Source: Tubiluchus corallicola (Eukaryota; Animalia; Priapulida). From it: a stretch of DNA of 64,000 bases. Each line of letters opens with the position of its first letter. The first letter of the stretch is position 1. The notes beneath the pieces were generated by a model. The model was not told the DNA's origin. It was given only the letters and a program-made list of their open reading frames with translations, and made no database searches. Shown here in pieces: positions 41,469-56,738 of the stretch. The position numbers were made by a program, and so were the translations under genes. The stretch lies in assembly GCA_030141605.1 (NCBI GenBank), contig JAQGDQ010000708.1:45108-109107 (forward strand), written 5' to 3'.

Positions 41469-42034
41469 TTAAAGGGAAGGCGAAGCCTTTTAGCAGATTG
41501 GGCTTATTTCAATGTTCGCAAAAATGTTAGAAAGATTCAGTAATAGAACTGCAATAAGCGCCTCGTGTGATTAGCAAAGTTACTTTAAAGTCAAGATCAG
41601 TTCATGCTTGGGTGCTCCCATTTTCAATACCCATTTTTCTTCCAATGACGTCATTCGTCCTAAAGAAAAGCAGCGCACTCTCAATCTTCATCAAAAGTAT
41701 AATAAGTTTTTTTTCAAAAAAATAGATAGCTAATTTTGTAATATTTTTGCGTGAACATTAGGTAAACTGCAGAAATTTGAATTTGTTTAAGCAGTGAGCA
41801 CTTACGGAAAGCCAATATGTGCGTACGAAAAGCCAGGAAGTCTCCTTGTTACGTCATGAATTACAAGTCAAGGGCGGCAACCACCACACCTGAAAATTTC
41901 TATTCAGAGGCAGTGTATTTTAAATTTATGCTTTATTGGCAGTTCTTTGCAAATTTCTTTGTTATTATTTTCTACGTTTAAGTGATAATAGTAAAATAAA
42001 CCCATCATACTGAGAGGCGTGTTCTTTCGTTTAA
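41469..42034 (+). mobile_element. Family C Kolobok-like element, full-length copy without satellite
   Basis: TTAA-AGGGAAGG...GTTCTTTCGT-TTAA; homologous to 42.58-42.95, 52.18-52.70 and 60.39-61.80 kb. Confidence 0.8.
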
Positions 42035-42579
42035 TAAATATTTATGGTATATGTTAAATCGCGGCTTTTGGATTAGCAAACTTAGCGAACGTAATTTACC
42101 ATCGCAAAAGGATTAAAACGTTCATCTACGATCGCAAAAGGATTAAAACGTTCATCTACTACAAGAACATTATTTTTACCTAAGAACAAAGGTAGAGAGA
42201 TTCCGCCATGAAAGTGTGCTGCTGACTAATATGATCATATTTCGCTTTGATCTAGTTAACAGCAGTTTGTTCACTTTCATCCAGTCTTTATGTTTTTTTA
42301 GCTTCTGTTAGTACGAAGTTGCAAAGTGAATAAATGAATGGACTAAAGAAAAGGTTTTGTCATCAGCAAAAAACGTGTATTGAAACAATTATTAAGAAAC
42401 AGGTGATTAACGTAAGTAAGAAAAAAGCGTGGTCCTAGGATAGATCCTTGTGTTACACCACAATTTATACATAACAGTACAATGTATTACAGTTACAAAA
42501 GGATAGTCAATGTAGTGGATTAACCAATGCACACGGTCCATATGACTAATTTGGTCAAAGAAAAGGGTAAAATTTCTGG

Positions 42580-42945
42580 AAAGTTAGGCTTGTTTCTATG
42601 TTCGCACAAAATATTTGAAAGATTTAGTAATAGAGCTGCAATAAGCGCCTCGTGTAATTAGTAAAATCACTTTAAAGTCCCGATCACTTCATGCTTGGGA
42701 GCTCTCATTTTGATTGACGTCAATTCTTCTTCCAATGACGTCATTTGCCCTGAAGAAAAGTAGCGAACTTTCAATCTTCGTCAAAAGTATAATAAGTTTT
42801 TACAAAAACATTATATAGTTGATTTTGTAATATTTTTGCGTGAATATTAGTTAAGGTGCAGAAGTTTGAATTAGCTTAAGCAGAGCGCGTTTACGGAAAG
42901 CCACGACACGCTCACGAAAAGTCACGAAGTCTCCCAGTTACGTTG
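42580..42945 (+). mobile_element. Family C element, partial copy
   Basis: Colinear with ~41500-41860. Confidence 0.75.
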
Positions 42946-43117
42946 TCATGCTCTGGGCGTGTAAGAGTAAATCAAACGCAGATCAAACATCAAGGCAGTC
43001 CCCATTTCAACTAAATTTGACCTTAACAGACCTGACTAAGTGGTTTACTTACAATGACGTTATCAGGTGCCCTAAATAATCAGTTACCTATATGTCGTGT
43101 ACGTGAGTTTGCAAATG

Positions 43118-43450
43118 ACTCACTAACTCGCTCACTCACTCGCTCACTCACGCGCTCGCTCGCTTACTCATTTATTCACTAGCTCACTCACTCACTCACT
43201 CGCTCACTCACTCACTCGCTCACTCACTCGCTCTCTTGCTCTCTTGCTCACTCACTCGCTATATTGCTCTCTTGCTCACTCACTCACTCACCCGCTCTCT
43301 TGCTCACTCACTCACTCACTCACTAGCTCTCTCGCTCACTCACTCACTCACTTACTCACTCACTCACTCACTCACTTGCTTGCTCGCTTACTCACTCACT
43401 CACTCACTCACTCGCTCACTCACTCACTCGCTCACTCACTTACTCACACG
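43118..43450. repeat. (ACTC/GCTC)n microsatellite
   Basis: Direct observation. Confidence 0.9.
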
Positions 43451-43737
43451 ATTCGGCTCATAAATATTTACGGCAACAAGATTTTCCCATAACTGCGGAA
43501 AAGAATTTGCTAAAACGAAATCAGTACAAGATGGCGGTGTCTCTTAGACCAGTCACGCTGAGAGCCCCATTTAAAAAATATCTCTGGTTTTGTTTTGGAA
43601 GAGAGGGAGAGGGTTTATTATTTTTATGAGTCTTTGTATTTATTGCTTAATAAAAAGACTTATAATAATAATAATCCCTCTCTCTCCCCCTCCCCCTCTC
43701 TCTCTTCCCTCTCGCTCATAAAACATGCTCGAGCTTT

Positions 43738-45047
43738 CAAACATGCGCTTTTATATAAGTTTGTTTTATTTTAAACATGCGCTTTTATATAAGTTTGTTT
43801 TATTTTAAACATGCGCTTTCATAAAAGTTTGTTTTATTTTAAACATGCGCTTTTATATAAGTTTGTTTTATTTTAAACATGCGCTTTCATAAAAGTTTGT
43901 TTTATTTTAAACATGCGCTTTTATAAAAGTTTGCTTTATTTTAAACATGAGCTTTCATAAAAGTTTGCTTTATTTTAAACATGTGCTTTCATATAAGTTT
44001 GCTTTATTTTAAACATGCGCTTTTATATAAGTTTGTTTTATTTTAAACATGCGCTTTCAAGTTTGTTTTATTTTAAACATGCGCTTTTATATAAGTTTGC
44101 TTTATTTTAAACATGCGCTTTTATATAAGTTTGTTTTATTTTAAACATGCGCTTTTATATAAGTTTGTTTTATTTTAAACATGCGCTTTTATATAAGTTT
44201 GTTTTATTTTAAACATGCGCTTTTATAAAAGTTTGTTTTATTTCAAACATGCGCTTTTATAAAAGTTTGTTTTATTTTAAACATGCGCTTTCATATAAGT
44301 TTGTTTTATTTTAAACATGCGCTTTCATAAAAGTTTGTTTTATTTCAAACATGCGCTTTTATAAAAGTTTGTTTTATTTTAAACATGCGCTTTCATAAAA
44401 GTTTGTTTTATTTCAAACATGCGCTTTTATAAAAGTTTGTTTTATTTCAAACATGCGCTTTCATATAAGTTTGTTTTATTTCAAACATGCGCTTTTATAA
44501 AAGTTTGTTTTATTTCAAACATGTGCTTTCATATAAGTTTGTTTTATTTCAAACATGCGCTTTTATAAAAGTTTGTTTTATTTCAAACATGCGCTTTCAT
44601 AAAAGTTTGTTTTATTTCAAACATGCGCTTTTATAAAAGTTTGTTTTATTTCAAACATGCGCTTTTATAAAAGTTTGTTTTATTTCAAACATGCGCTTTT
44701 ATCAAAGTTTGTTTTATTTTAAACATGCGCTTTTATAAAAGTTTGTTTTATTTTAAACATGCGCTTTTATAAAAGTTTGTTTCATTTCAAACATGCGCTT
44801 TTATAAAAGTTTGTTTTATTTCAAACATGCGCTTTTATAAAAGTTTGTTTTATTTCAAACATGCGCTTTTATAAAAGTTTGTTTTATTCTAAACATGCGC
44901 TTTTATAAAAGTTTGTTTTATTCTAAACATGCGCTTTTATAAAAGTTTGTTTTATTCCAAACATGCGCTTTTATATAAGTTTGTTTTATTCTAAACATGC
45001 GCTTTTATAAAAGTTTGTTTTATTTTAAACATGCGCTTTTATAAAAG
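43738..45047. repeat. 34-bp minisatellite (aaacatgcgcttttatawaagtttgttttatttt), ~38 copies
   Basis: Tandem units. Confidence 0.97.
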
Positions 45048-45199
45048 ATACGTCGAAACTTAATATTGATGAGCAAATTATTATGGTCTTTTAATTTTAA
45101 TTACCTTTAATTATATTAATTTTAATTGTCTTTTAACTCTTTGCATAAACACAGTAATTCAGTTGTTAACTGTAATGTGTTTGTTATAAAAAAGTTACT

Positions 45200-45600
45200 A
45201 ACTGACTCACTCACTCTCTCACTCACTCACTCACTCATTCGCTCACTCACACACTCACTCACTTATTCACTCACTCACTCACTCACTCGCTTGCTTACTC
45301 ATTCACTCACTCACTCACTCGCTCTCTTGCTCTCTTGCTCACTCACTCACTCGCTCGCTCTCTTGCTTACGCACTCACTCATTCACTCACTCACTCACTC
45401 ACTTGCTCGCTCACTCACTCACTCACTCGCTCGCTTGCTTACTCATTCACTCACTCACTCACTCGCTCTCTTGCTCACTCACTCACTCGCTCACTTACTC
45501 ACTCACTCGCTCGCTCGCTCTCTTGCTCACACACTCACTCACTCACTCACTCACTCGCTCGCTTGCTTTCTCACCCACTCACTCACTCACTCACTCGATC
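45200..45600. repeat. (ACTC/GCTC)n microsatellite
   Basis: Direct observation. Confidence 0.9.
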
Positions 45601-45649
45601 TCGCTCATATCTTGATATCTTTTTATTGAGCTAGATTTGCACCCATCTA

Positions 45650-46590
45650 TGTGGACCTAATGTTGACATCATGTTGTAAAAACCGAATAAACTAAACTGA
45701 TTTGAAGAATCCAACATTCATGCCTTTGTTAATTGTCATTGTGGGTCTAATGTTGGCATTATGTTGTAGAGATCGAATAAACTGATTTGAAGAATCCAAC
45801 ATTCATGCTTTTGTCAATTGTCACTTTGAACCTAATGTTGGCATTATGTTGTTGAAGTCGAATAAACTGATTTGAAGAATCCAACATTCATGCTTTTGTT
45901 AATTGTCATTGTGGGTCTAATGTTGGCGTTACGTTGTAGAAGTTGAATAAACTGATTTGAAGAATCAAACATTCATGCTTTTGTTAATTGTCACTGTGAG
46001 CCTAATGTTGGCATTATGTTGTAGAAGTCGAATAAACTGATTTGAAGAATTCAACATTCATGTTTTTGTCAATTGTCGCTGTGGGCCTAATGTTGGCGTC
46101 ATGTTATAGAAATCAAACAAACTGATTTGAAGAATCCAACATTCATGCTTTTGTCAATTGTCACTGTGGGCCTAATGTTGGCATTATGTTGTAGAAGTCG
46201 AATAAACTGATTTGAAGAGTCCAACATTCATGCTTTTGTCAATTGTCACTGTGAGCCTGATGTTGGCATTATGTTGTAAAAGTCGAATAAGCTAATTTGA
46301 AGAATCCAACATTCATGCTTTTGTTAATTGTCATAGTGGGTCTAATGTTGGCGTCATGTTATAGAAGTTGAATAAACTGATTTGAAGAATCCAACATTCA
46401 TGGTTTTGTTAATTGTCATTGTGGGTGTAATGTTGGCTTCATGTTATAGAAATCAAACAAACTGATTTGAAGAATCCAACATTCATGCTTTTGTTAACTG
46501 TCACTGTGGGTCTAATGTTGGCATTGTGTTGTAGAAGTTGAATAAGCTGATTTGAAGAATTTAACATTCATGCTTTTGTTAATTGTTACT
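45650..46590. repeat. 85-bp tandem repeat, ~11 copies
   Basis: aataaactgatttgaagaat recurs at 45861, 45946, 46031 and onward. Confidence 0.95.
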
Positions 46591-46779
46591 AGGGTGGGGG
46601 AGGCTCACTGATATTTGTAGCCCAGGGGCCACATTATCAAAAGCTACTTAGCTACCTGTACTAATTCTGTTGAACTTAGTTGACTATATATTATGAAAGT
46701 GAATTCCATTAAATAAGTTCTGCGTTGTGTTTTGAATCACGGTTTACGGAACGCGTGATCGAGTCAATGATCGAAAACC

Positions 46780-47147
46780 CATAAAAGATTATACAACTCA
46801 CAAAAACTAGAGAAAACCAGAAAACACTTCATCAAATTAAAATAGTTTATTAAGCGAGAATTCTGCAACACAAAAGTATGAAGGAACGCGAAATGTTTAC
46901 AGTAAACGTGAAAATCTGGAAAACGTTTGAGTGTATCTGAAAATGTAAGTATACAAGAGAATGCGTAGGTGGCGTCCGTGTGAATCAGCGTGTGTCTGTC
47001 TCAGCGGCCTGCTTCGCCTTATATAGCGTGCAGGAGACATTCTAGACGTTTCTTTCTAGAACATTCTACAAGGTAAGACGATTATTCTAACGGAACATTC
47101 TACAATGTTCTATTTAATTCTAATAGATTCTAGCCATCTCCACAACA
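46780..47147 (-). mobile_element. LTR-like repeat, copy 2 (possible solo LTR)
   Basis: Minus strand: TGTTGTGGAG start, then TATA (CTATATAAGG), then AATAAA; matches 32697-32995. The left boundary and a TSD were not established. Confidence 0.55.
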
Positions 47148-48788
47148 AAACTATAGTTTTTTAACAAAATTGGCGGGTGTGAAAAAGGCTTTTGTCAGTA
47201 TATGTAGCAACATAAACCAAACTCCTTTAGTGGCACAAACACTTTATTATTGAGTGTCTTTTCTGTACACTACGTTGTGACTACTAGATTAAAACTGTAA
47301 AAGCTCAAAACAGTTGAAACTGCTTAACCTTGGGCAATGCATATCAGAAACCAGTCAGGTGAGAAAATGATTCACTGTAGTCTAACTTGCTGTAAAGTTA
47401 TAATGTTGCTAAAGTTTATAAAGTTCATAAACAAACTCGTGAATCAGTTCACGACAGCGGGAAAACTGAAGCACAACTTCAGAGAAATTGATTCTGCAAG
47501 AAACACCTCAGTTTCCCAACGCGTTTAAAACTGATTCATGTTGATTCGTCAACACAAAACCCCGCTGTGCTTCTAATGGCAAAGGTTCATAAGAGCATAA
47601 TAGGCTAACACCACAAGCCATCATAATTACATCCGTCAGTAGTTTGTAAACAGCATGGTGTCGCGAGAAGGGCAATAGCGGAAATCATTTGGTAAACTCT
47701 CTGTCAAATGATTACTTATGACTGTATACTGATAATTTGTCTAGCAAGCTGACATTGTGGCACTTTGATTATGGTATCAGTTTCCGTATTTGTCCACGCA
47801 ATTGTAGACATGCTCACCATAAAGATATAATGATTTGTGTGCTAACAGTTAACATGTGTGTCAGAAGTTGTAATGAACTATTATATATGTGCTTACAAAC
47901 CAAAACCGTTCACAAGTCGGCATAGTTAAAACTACGTTATGATGCTTCAAAGTAGAATGTAAAAAAATTTCTGAAATGTGAATTTAGGTATTTTATAAAA
48001 AAAACAACGCTAAATATACTGGACTTTTACATTCTGGCTTCAATTATCAAGAAAATGTTCAAAAATACTAAAAATTTAATTTTGTAACTTGAACCCACTT
48101 TGCTGTCTAGAAACTTGCACTGCAATTGTAAAAAACTCCTATTTTCTAATAGTAGCTCCTAGAAGCAGCCATTTTGCTTCGGGTTTTTTTCTATTGCCAA
48201 GCCCAGATCATCGTCAGTAAGAGCCATCTACTGAATTTAAACACAACTTCAGTGTGTTCTTGCAAAGCCCATAGCAACCAACATTCGTACGATTGCTAAG
48301 TGCTTTGTAGAAACGCGACAAAAAACAATGGCTGACTTTAGCAGTGATTTTCTCAAGGTTATGTTTTTCAGTGTGCAACCTGTACCTCAACTTCAATGTG
48401 GATTATCTCAGCTTAGAAATAAGAGCGATGAACTTGGTATCAAAATGATCCTTACGAACTGGAAATTCAGGATATGTGAATAACTAGAAAAGGTTAATTG
48501 TCGACTTATGGACGATTTTGCTATGGAAGCACTATAATGTTGTTTGATATATATATATATATATAGTCATTGCCAGCCCTAAAGGTGGTATTTTTGACCA
48601 CTCAGAAAGCCTAATTTTTAATTTTTAATCAGCGTAATTAGGTTTAATGAAGCCGTATGAGTGAAACGCGTACAACACATTCTGACACATATCAGAAATT
48701 ATTTGAGTTAAGCCCGCCGGGGCTTCATTTTCAATTCTAAAAAGAGAAGTATGTTTACAAATAAAAAAGTATTTAGAAGTAAATGAAT

Positions 48789-49108
<320 letters not shown>

Positions 49109-49412
49109 CGATGTTATACCTATACTGGCACCACATCACTAGCATTTTATACTGGCATAGCCTACCTACACACGCCTGCAGTTAAACTATTTATGCTGCA
49201 ATTTTAATTACAACATCCGGGATGTTTTGCCGAGTTGCAGGAAGATTTCAAGGATTCTCAAGGCAAATATGACTGTACTTGCTGTGAAATTTTCGAAGCC
49301 ATTTGTGATGATAATTGCCTTTCAACGGCATTTGAATATTTCAATTTTGATTATGTGTTCACACTACATGCCGTACACACGCAAATACAGCACAGCGAGT
49401 TTATTACAGTAA

Positions 49413-50097
49413 AGCACAAGAAAACCCTCAACTTACAAAAAGCCTAAAAAATTGCCTTGAAATTTTATATCACTTACTTACTGCCTTTTTGCATATTAGA
49501 CTTGCATCGGCAGTAACACTGTATAAAACATGTAAATTTAAACTCCCGCAATGACCGTTAGACGCAGCCATTTTGACGACAGGTCATTTGAAACAAGTTG
49601 AAATAACATTGTGTGAAGTTTGAAAAAATAATCAGAGCATTCGTAGCACACAAGTCACTAACTAAGTAAAATTTAAAATTACTGTGTCTTGTCAGTAAGA
49701 TTAAAAATAGGTTTTTGGTTAGTGAGTGGTGTACCCTAGAGGGTAAGTCAGCGACATTTTACCAATTGGTGAAAGTATTTTAAACAACTAATATTCTTCT
49801 TTTTTAGTTACATAAGTCTTTCCAGCAGGTAAGCCAAAATCTAAGTAATATAAGTTTGCATGGAAAGTTTTTTGGGTCATAGTTTAACATTGCCTTTTCT
49901 CCCCCTGATTTACGTGGCGTAGTGACGTCATGTAATGGCGCCGTCGGAACAGTATTGCGGGAAATTTAAAATGAAAACAAATAAAAATTCCTTTCAACGC
50001 GAATTCGATATACGCATAGAATTACTATAAAGTAAGATAATATTTTACGGCGATTTTTCTGAAACCTACTTCATGTACCACTTCTCTTGTCCTTTAA
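49413..50097 (-). mobile_element. Family B Kolobok-like element, full-length inverted copy
   Basis: Termini AGCACAAGA...TCTTGTCCT-TTAA (imperfect TIR). Confidence 0.85.
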
Positions 50098-50177
50098 CAA
50101 AACCCAACTCTCTTCGCCAGTTTAATCTACTGAAAGCGTAAGTGATGGTACGCTTTCAACTCTAAGTTGTCTGCTCA

Positions 50178-50795
50178 CTGTAATTGTTACAGTAGCTACA
50201 CCTGTTCATTGTAATGGTTACAGTAGCTACACGTGTTCATTGTAATGGTTACAGTAGCTACACCTGTTCATTGTAATGGTTAGAGTAGCTACACCTGTTC
50301 ATTGTAATGGTTAGGGTAGCTACACCTGTTCATTGTGATGGTTACAGTAGCTACACCTGTTCATTGTAATGGTTACAGTAGCTACACCTGTTCATTGTAA
50401 TGGTTACAGTAGCTACACCTGTTCATTGTAATGGTTACAGTAACTACACCTGTTCATTGTAATGGTTAGAGTAGCTACACCTGTTCATTGTAATGGTTAC
50501 AGTAGCTACACCTGTTCATTGTAAAGGTTACAGTAGCTACACCTGTTCATTGTAATGGTTATAGTAGCTACACCTGTTCATTGTAATGGTTACAGTAGCT
50601 ACACCTGTTCATTGTAATGGTTACAGTAGCTACACCTGTTCATTGTAATGGTTACAGTAGCTACACCTGTTCATTGTAATGGTTACAGTAGCTACACCTG
50701 TTCATTGTAATGGTTAGAGTAGCTACACCTGTTCATTGTAATGGTTAGAGTATTTACACATGTTCATTGTAATGGTCACAGTAGCTACACCTGCT
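50178..50795. repeat. 31-bp minisatellite (tgtaatggttacagtagctacacctgttcat), ~20 copies
   Basis: Tandem units. Confidence 0.95.
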
Positions 50796-50857
50796 CTGTA
50801 AGCTGTAATAATCTCTATTTCTGCAGATTAACTTAACGTTTCCCTTTCTACATTTTG

Positions 50858-51897
50858 GAGTCTTACAAGTCTACAGAGAAGTATTTTGTAATTACAACAA
50901 ACCGACATTATGAAATCTTTCAAGTCTACAGAGAAGTATTTTGTAATTACAACAAACCGACATTATGAAGTCTTACAAGTCTTCAGAGAAGTATTTTGTA
51001 ATTACAACAAACCGACATTATGAAGTCTTACAAGTCTACAGAGAAGTATTTTGTAATTACAACAAACCGACATTATGAAGTCTTACAAATCTACAGAGAA
51101 GTATTTTGTAATTACAACAAACCGACATTATGAAATCTTTCAAGTCTACAGAGAAGTATTTTGTAATTACAACAAACCGACATTATGAAGTCTTACAAGT
51201 CTTCAGAGAAGTATTTTGTAATTACAACAAACCGACATTATGAAGTCTTACAAGTCTACAGAGAAGTATTTTGTAATTACAACAAACCGACATTATGAAG
51301 TCTTACAAGTCTATGGAGAACTGTTTTGTAATTACAACAAACCGACATTATGAAGTCTTACAAGTCTACAGAGAAGTATTTTGTAATTACAACAAACCGA
51401 CATTATGAAGTTTTACAAGTCTACAGAGAAGCATTTTGTAATTACAACAAACCGACATTATGAAGTCTTACAAGTCTACAGAGAAGCATTTTGTAATTAC
51501 AACAAACCGACATTATGAGGTCTTACAAGTCTACAGAGAAGTGTTTTGTAATTACAACAAACCGACATTATGAAGTCTTACAAGTCTACAGAGAAGTGTT
51601 TTGTAATTACAACAAACTGACATTTTGAAGTCTTACAAGTCTACAGAGAAGCATTTTGTAATTACAACAAACCGACATTATGAAGTCTTACAAGTCTACA
51701 GAGAAGCATTTTGTAATTACAACAAACCGACATTATGAAGTCTTACAAGTCTACAGAGAAGCATTTTGTAATTACAACAAACCGACATTATGAAGTCTTA
51801 CAAGTCTTCAGAGAAGCATTTTGTAATTACAACAAACCGACATTATGAAGTCTTACAAGTCTACAGAGAAGCATTTTGTAATTACAACAAACCGACA
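50858..51897. repeat. 55-bp minisatellite (caagtctacagagaagtattttgtaattacaacaaaccgacattatgaagtctta), ~19 copies
   Basis: Tandem units. Confidence 0.95.
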
Positions 51898-52174
51898 ACA
51901 AGTGCTAAATGAAAGATAAAACGAACTAACGAACGAGCATTCAATCAAACAAGCCAAGGAAGCAAACAAACAAACAAACAAACAGACAGACAGACAAACG
52001 AAATAGATAAACAACGAGGAGAAGTGAGCAAACGGATTAAATCCATCAATAACGAATTCGCAGAGGATCCAAGGACTTCCGCTATTTTCCCCTAATTAAG
52101 AGATAAAAGCAGCAGGTAACATATTTCTTATGCGACTGTAGCGACAAACAACAAAATGATGGACCAACGCATGG

Positions 52175-53118
52175 TTAAAGGAAAGATCAACCCTTCTATG
52201 AAGTAGGCTTATTTCAATGTTAGTGAGGATGTAATAATAAAACTGCAATAAGCACCTCGTGTAACTAGTAAAATCACTTTAAAGCCGCGACCACTTCATA
52301 CTTGGCGGTGCTTGCGTTTTCAGTGCACATCCTTCTTCCAATGACGTCATTTGTCCTGAAGAAAAGTAGCGCACTGTCGATCTTCATCAAAAGTATAATT
52401 AATTTGTACAGAAATATTAGATAGCTAATTTTGTAATATTTTTACGTGAACGTCAGGCAAGCTGCAGAAGTTTGAATTACTTTAAGCAGCGCGCGATTAC
52501 GGAAAGTCACGACGCGCTTACGAAATGGCACGAAGTCCCCCAGTTACGTCATGATTTTCAAACGAATGGCGACAAGCAGCGCGGCTGAAAATTCCGAGGT
52601 AGAATATTTTAGATTTATGCTCTGTAGAAAGTTGTTTTTCAAATTTAAGTCATAACAGTAAAATAAACCCAACATACTGAGCGACTTGTTCTTTCCTTTA
52701 GCACACCACAAACAGTTTAAGTGATGAAAGTAAAACAAACCCAACGTACTGAGTGACTTGTTCTCTCCTTTAGCACACCACAAACAATTTAAGTGATGAA
52801 AGTAAAACAAACTCAATATACTGAGTGACTTGTTCTCTCCTTTAGCACACCACAAACAGTTTAAGTGATGAAAATAAAATAAACCCAACGTACTGAGTGA
52901 CTTGTTCTCTCCTTTAGCACACCACAAACAGTTTAAGTGATGAAAGTAAAATAAACCCAACGTACTGAGTCACTTGTTCTTTCCTTTAGCACACCACAAA
53001 CAGTTTAAGTGATTACAGTAAAATAAACCCAACGTACTGAGTCACTTGTTCTTTCCTTTAGCACACCACAAACAGTTTAAGTGATAACAGTAAAATAAAC
53101 CCAACATACTGAGTTACT
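52175..53118 (+). mobile_element. Family C element whose right end is amplified into a 72-bp tandem array (~6 units)
   Basis: TTAA-AGGAAAGATCAA left end. The complementary TTGTTCTTTCCT right end recurs in every 72-bp unit. Confidence 0.8.
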
Positions 53119-53119
53119 T

Positions 53120-53723
53120 TACAGCATTTTTATGCATATATCGCGCTCATGTTAAAAGGAATTTTTGTTTGTTTTCATTTTAAATCTCCCGCAACACTGT
53201 TCAGATGGCGCCATTACATGACGTCACATGCGCAAACGTAAATCGGGGGAAGAAAAGGCAATGTTAAATTATGTCCCAAAAAATCTTTCCATGCAAAGTT
53301 ATATTACTTAGCTTTTCGCTTACCTGCTGGAAAGACCTATGTAACTAGAAATAGTAATTTAAAATGTTTGTGCCAATTGGTAAAATGTTGCTGACTCACC
53401 CTCCAGGGTGCGCCACTCACTAACCAAAAACGTATTTTTAATCTTATTGAGAAGATACAGTAATTTTGAATATTACTTAGTTAGTAACATGTGCGCTACG
53501 AATGCTCTGATTATTTTTTCAAACTTTACGCAATGCTATCAAAACTTGTTTCAAATGACCTGTCATGAAAATGGCTGTCTAACGGTCATTGCGGGAGTTT
53601 ACACGTTTTATGCAGCGTTACGGCCGATGCAAGCCCTGCATGCAAAAAGGGCAGTATGTAAGTGTAATAAAATTTCAAGACGAATTTTCTAAGCTTTGTG
53701 TAGCTGGTTTCCTTGGGCTTTAA
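53120..53723 (+). mobile_element. Family B element, 5'-truncated copy
   Basis: Colinear with ~39250-39955; ends GGCT-TTAA. Confidence 0.8.
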
Positions 53724-54189
53724 AGGGTTTCCGAGGCGCTGAACTTGTGATGCAAATGTCCCTGGTTCAAATCTAGGTTTTCTCGGTTTTCTCCCGCGTT
53801 TTATACATTGTCAAGGCAACCGTCACGGACACCACGCCCACGTCTTTTAAGTGAAAACTAATCCTACTTTTGATAGTCTACGATGTGAATAAAAAACGAC
53901 TTCGGGGAAATGAGTCTCTCAGCTCGTCTAGCCACCATTCGTTACAGGAAAGTAGGGCAGATTAGTTCTAAAAAAACCACCAGGATAACGTCATACGAAA
54001 TTTACAAGTCTACAGAGAGATATTTTGTAATTATAACGTTACTTCGATGCTCTTGTGTATGCCAAAAATGGTTTACTATGCCATTATGTAACTTTTATTG
54101 CGTAATAGTTGTACGTGTATTGTCTAATAGAAAAAGGAGCACTTCTGCTATTGGCATGCTTGCAATGATAAACACAAATGCTTAGAACG

Positions 54190-54658
<469 letters not shown>

Positions 54659-54699
54659 CGACTTTTTAGGACAGCTGTCGTTACTTGAAAACTAAAACC

Positions 54700-55200
54700 G
54701 TACCTAAATAAGAACTTAATGCAAAACCGAACTCAATCTTAAACTGCAGGTGAAAACAATCTACTCTTTAAAATATTGACAAGAAACACACTAGTTTTTT
54801 TCAAAAATGACTTACGTTGAAGAATTATTACCACACAAACGCATTTCCTCATTCGCTAGTTAGACGGGTACTGGCGCCTGCATTTCGAAAACGCATTGCA
54901 CAAAAAACAGGTGCTGTGCTTCTCAGTTCAGATGTGTTAGTTTGTGACGAACTACACAGCGGTAAATTTGAATTTTGGATTTTTATCTTAAAACTTGCCT
55001 AGTTTTAGTACAACACACTGAATATCTTACAGTAGCACTGCACTTCAATTTTTTCTTTCGCAAACACGCGCAACACGCTCATGTAAAATTTCTGCTGTTG
55101 AAAATTATGTTAATTTGTGATGTCATCAATAATTGGGCTCGCCCGTCGTTAATTAAGTTTTTAATCTATTCTTTAATGATCAGAAACGCTCTTGCAGTAT
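54700..55200 (+). mobile_element. Dispersed repeat family F copy
   Basis: Similarity to 29760-30320. Confidence 0.7.
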
Positions 55201-56179
55201 TAATTGTGTTAAAATGTATGCTTTTTATCGGATTTGAACATGGGGTAGTATATGAAAAATCATCCTGTCTTCCTTTAAGCTAGCGAAACCTAACTCATTA
55301 AAATCATGTTAAATTTTTAATAAAACGAACAACGGAAAATTCAAGCAAGCAAGCAAACAAAAAGCAAACAGGCAAACAAGCAAGCATACAAACAATCAAA
55401 CAAACTTACAGACATACAAACAGACCGGGAAATAAGCAAACTAAAGAACCAATGAAAGAAATACCGAGACAGCGAACGAACGGACACACGTAGAAGCAGA
55501 CGGACAGACAAGCAAGCAAGCTGTTTGTCGAACTTTACAAATGTTACCTTATCAATGTCTGTTTTTTTGCGCATGAAATAAATTAAGCAAAATTTTGAAA
55601 TTAAATGAAGTTTCGTAATAATAACTTTACTTCGGAAAATCAACTATAATCAGATAGCTGCCGGTCCCGCCCCATATCGGTTTGCAAAGTGCCAAACTGC
55701 AAGTAAGGAGAACCTGTTAAATTATACTATATGATAAATAATTATGTTAATAAGAGGCTCACAGAAGGAAGCCAAATAAGGAGAGCTAAGGAGTGGTGCC
55801 ACGTGATGACGTAATTGACCTAGTTGTCAGGCTGCGCACGCAGCTCATATATAAGACGTGACATCAGCTAGCACGAGAGCTGGGTCATACTTTACACCTG
55901 CAAGCTGGACTTCTCTCGTAGATCAGGGGCCTTGGCACTGCTATCTATATATTATACTTATTGTGCTGATATTTAATAAATGTGTTATTTCGTAAATAAA
56001 GTCTTAATAGCTTTACCATTTATCAAACGTTTATAAACAGCCACACACAGCTCACACAACGTACTTTCCACTATATCTCACTTAATAAATTTTACTCTGC
56101 ATAACAAAGTACAAGTTTGAACGCGTGGCAATGCTAGGTGTGTGAACGTACCATAATTTACAACTGTCATAAGCAAACT

Positions 56180-56443
56180 AATGAAGCCAAGGATTTGCTA
56201 GTCTTTTTACACTAGAGTCAGTAATGTACACAAATGAAGCCAAGGATTTGCTAGTCTTTTTACACTAGAGTCAGTAATGTACACAAATGAAGCCAAGGAT
56301 TTGCTAGTCTTTTTACACTAGAGTCAGTAATGTACACAAATGAAGCCAAGGATTTGCTAGTCTTTTTACACTAGAGTCAGTAATGTACACAAATGAAGCC
56401 AAGGCTTTGCAAGTCTTTTTACACTAGAGTCAGTAATGTACAC
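56180..56443. repeat. 53-bp tandem repeat, 5 copies
   Basis: atgaagccaaggatttgctagtc recurs at 56181, 56234 and onward. Confidence 0.95.
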
Positions 56444-56738
56444 TCTATAGACAATCCCTCCTAAACCGCGTGGTTATGATGAGACTAATTATGGGTCTAC
56501 AGAAACTAGCCCTTTGGAGTGTGCCCTTTTGTAATAACTAGAGACCGCCTTACATATGCCAGGAGGAGTTTTGCGTCTATTAGCATCATCAGCATGGCTA
56601 AGCTCATTTTATAATGCACAGTCTTGCATTGGGTTATTGAATAGCATCTCTTTCAAATAAGAAAGTTCCTGGCTACTGTCAATATCACAAGAATTAAATT
56701 GTTTCTTAGTGCAGTTAAAGTCAAACTAAACCCTCACT

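Noticed and set aside
49235-49447. Cys-containing 70-aa ORF (DCTCCEIFEAICDDNC)
   Set aside because: No recognisable family, no clear splice donor, and it runs into a family B transposon end.
55745-56090. Possible solo LTR (TG start, TATA, AATAAA)
   Set aside because: Single copy in the window with no clear TSD or CA end; insufficient support.
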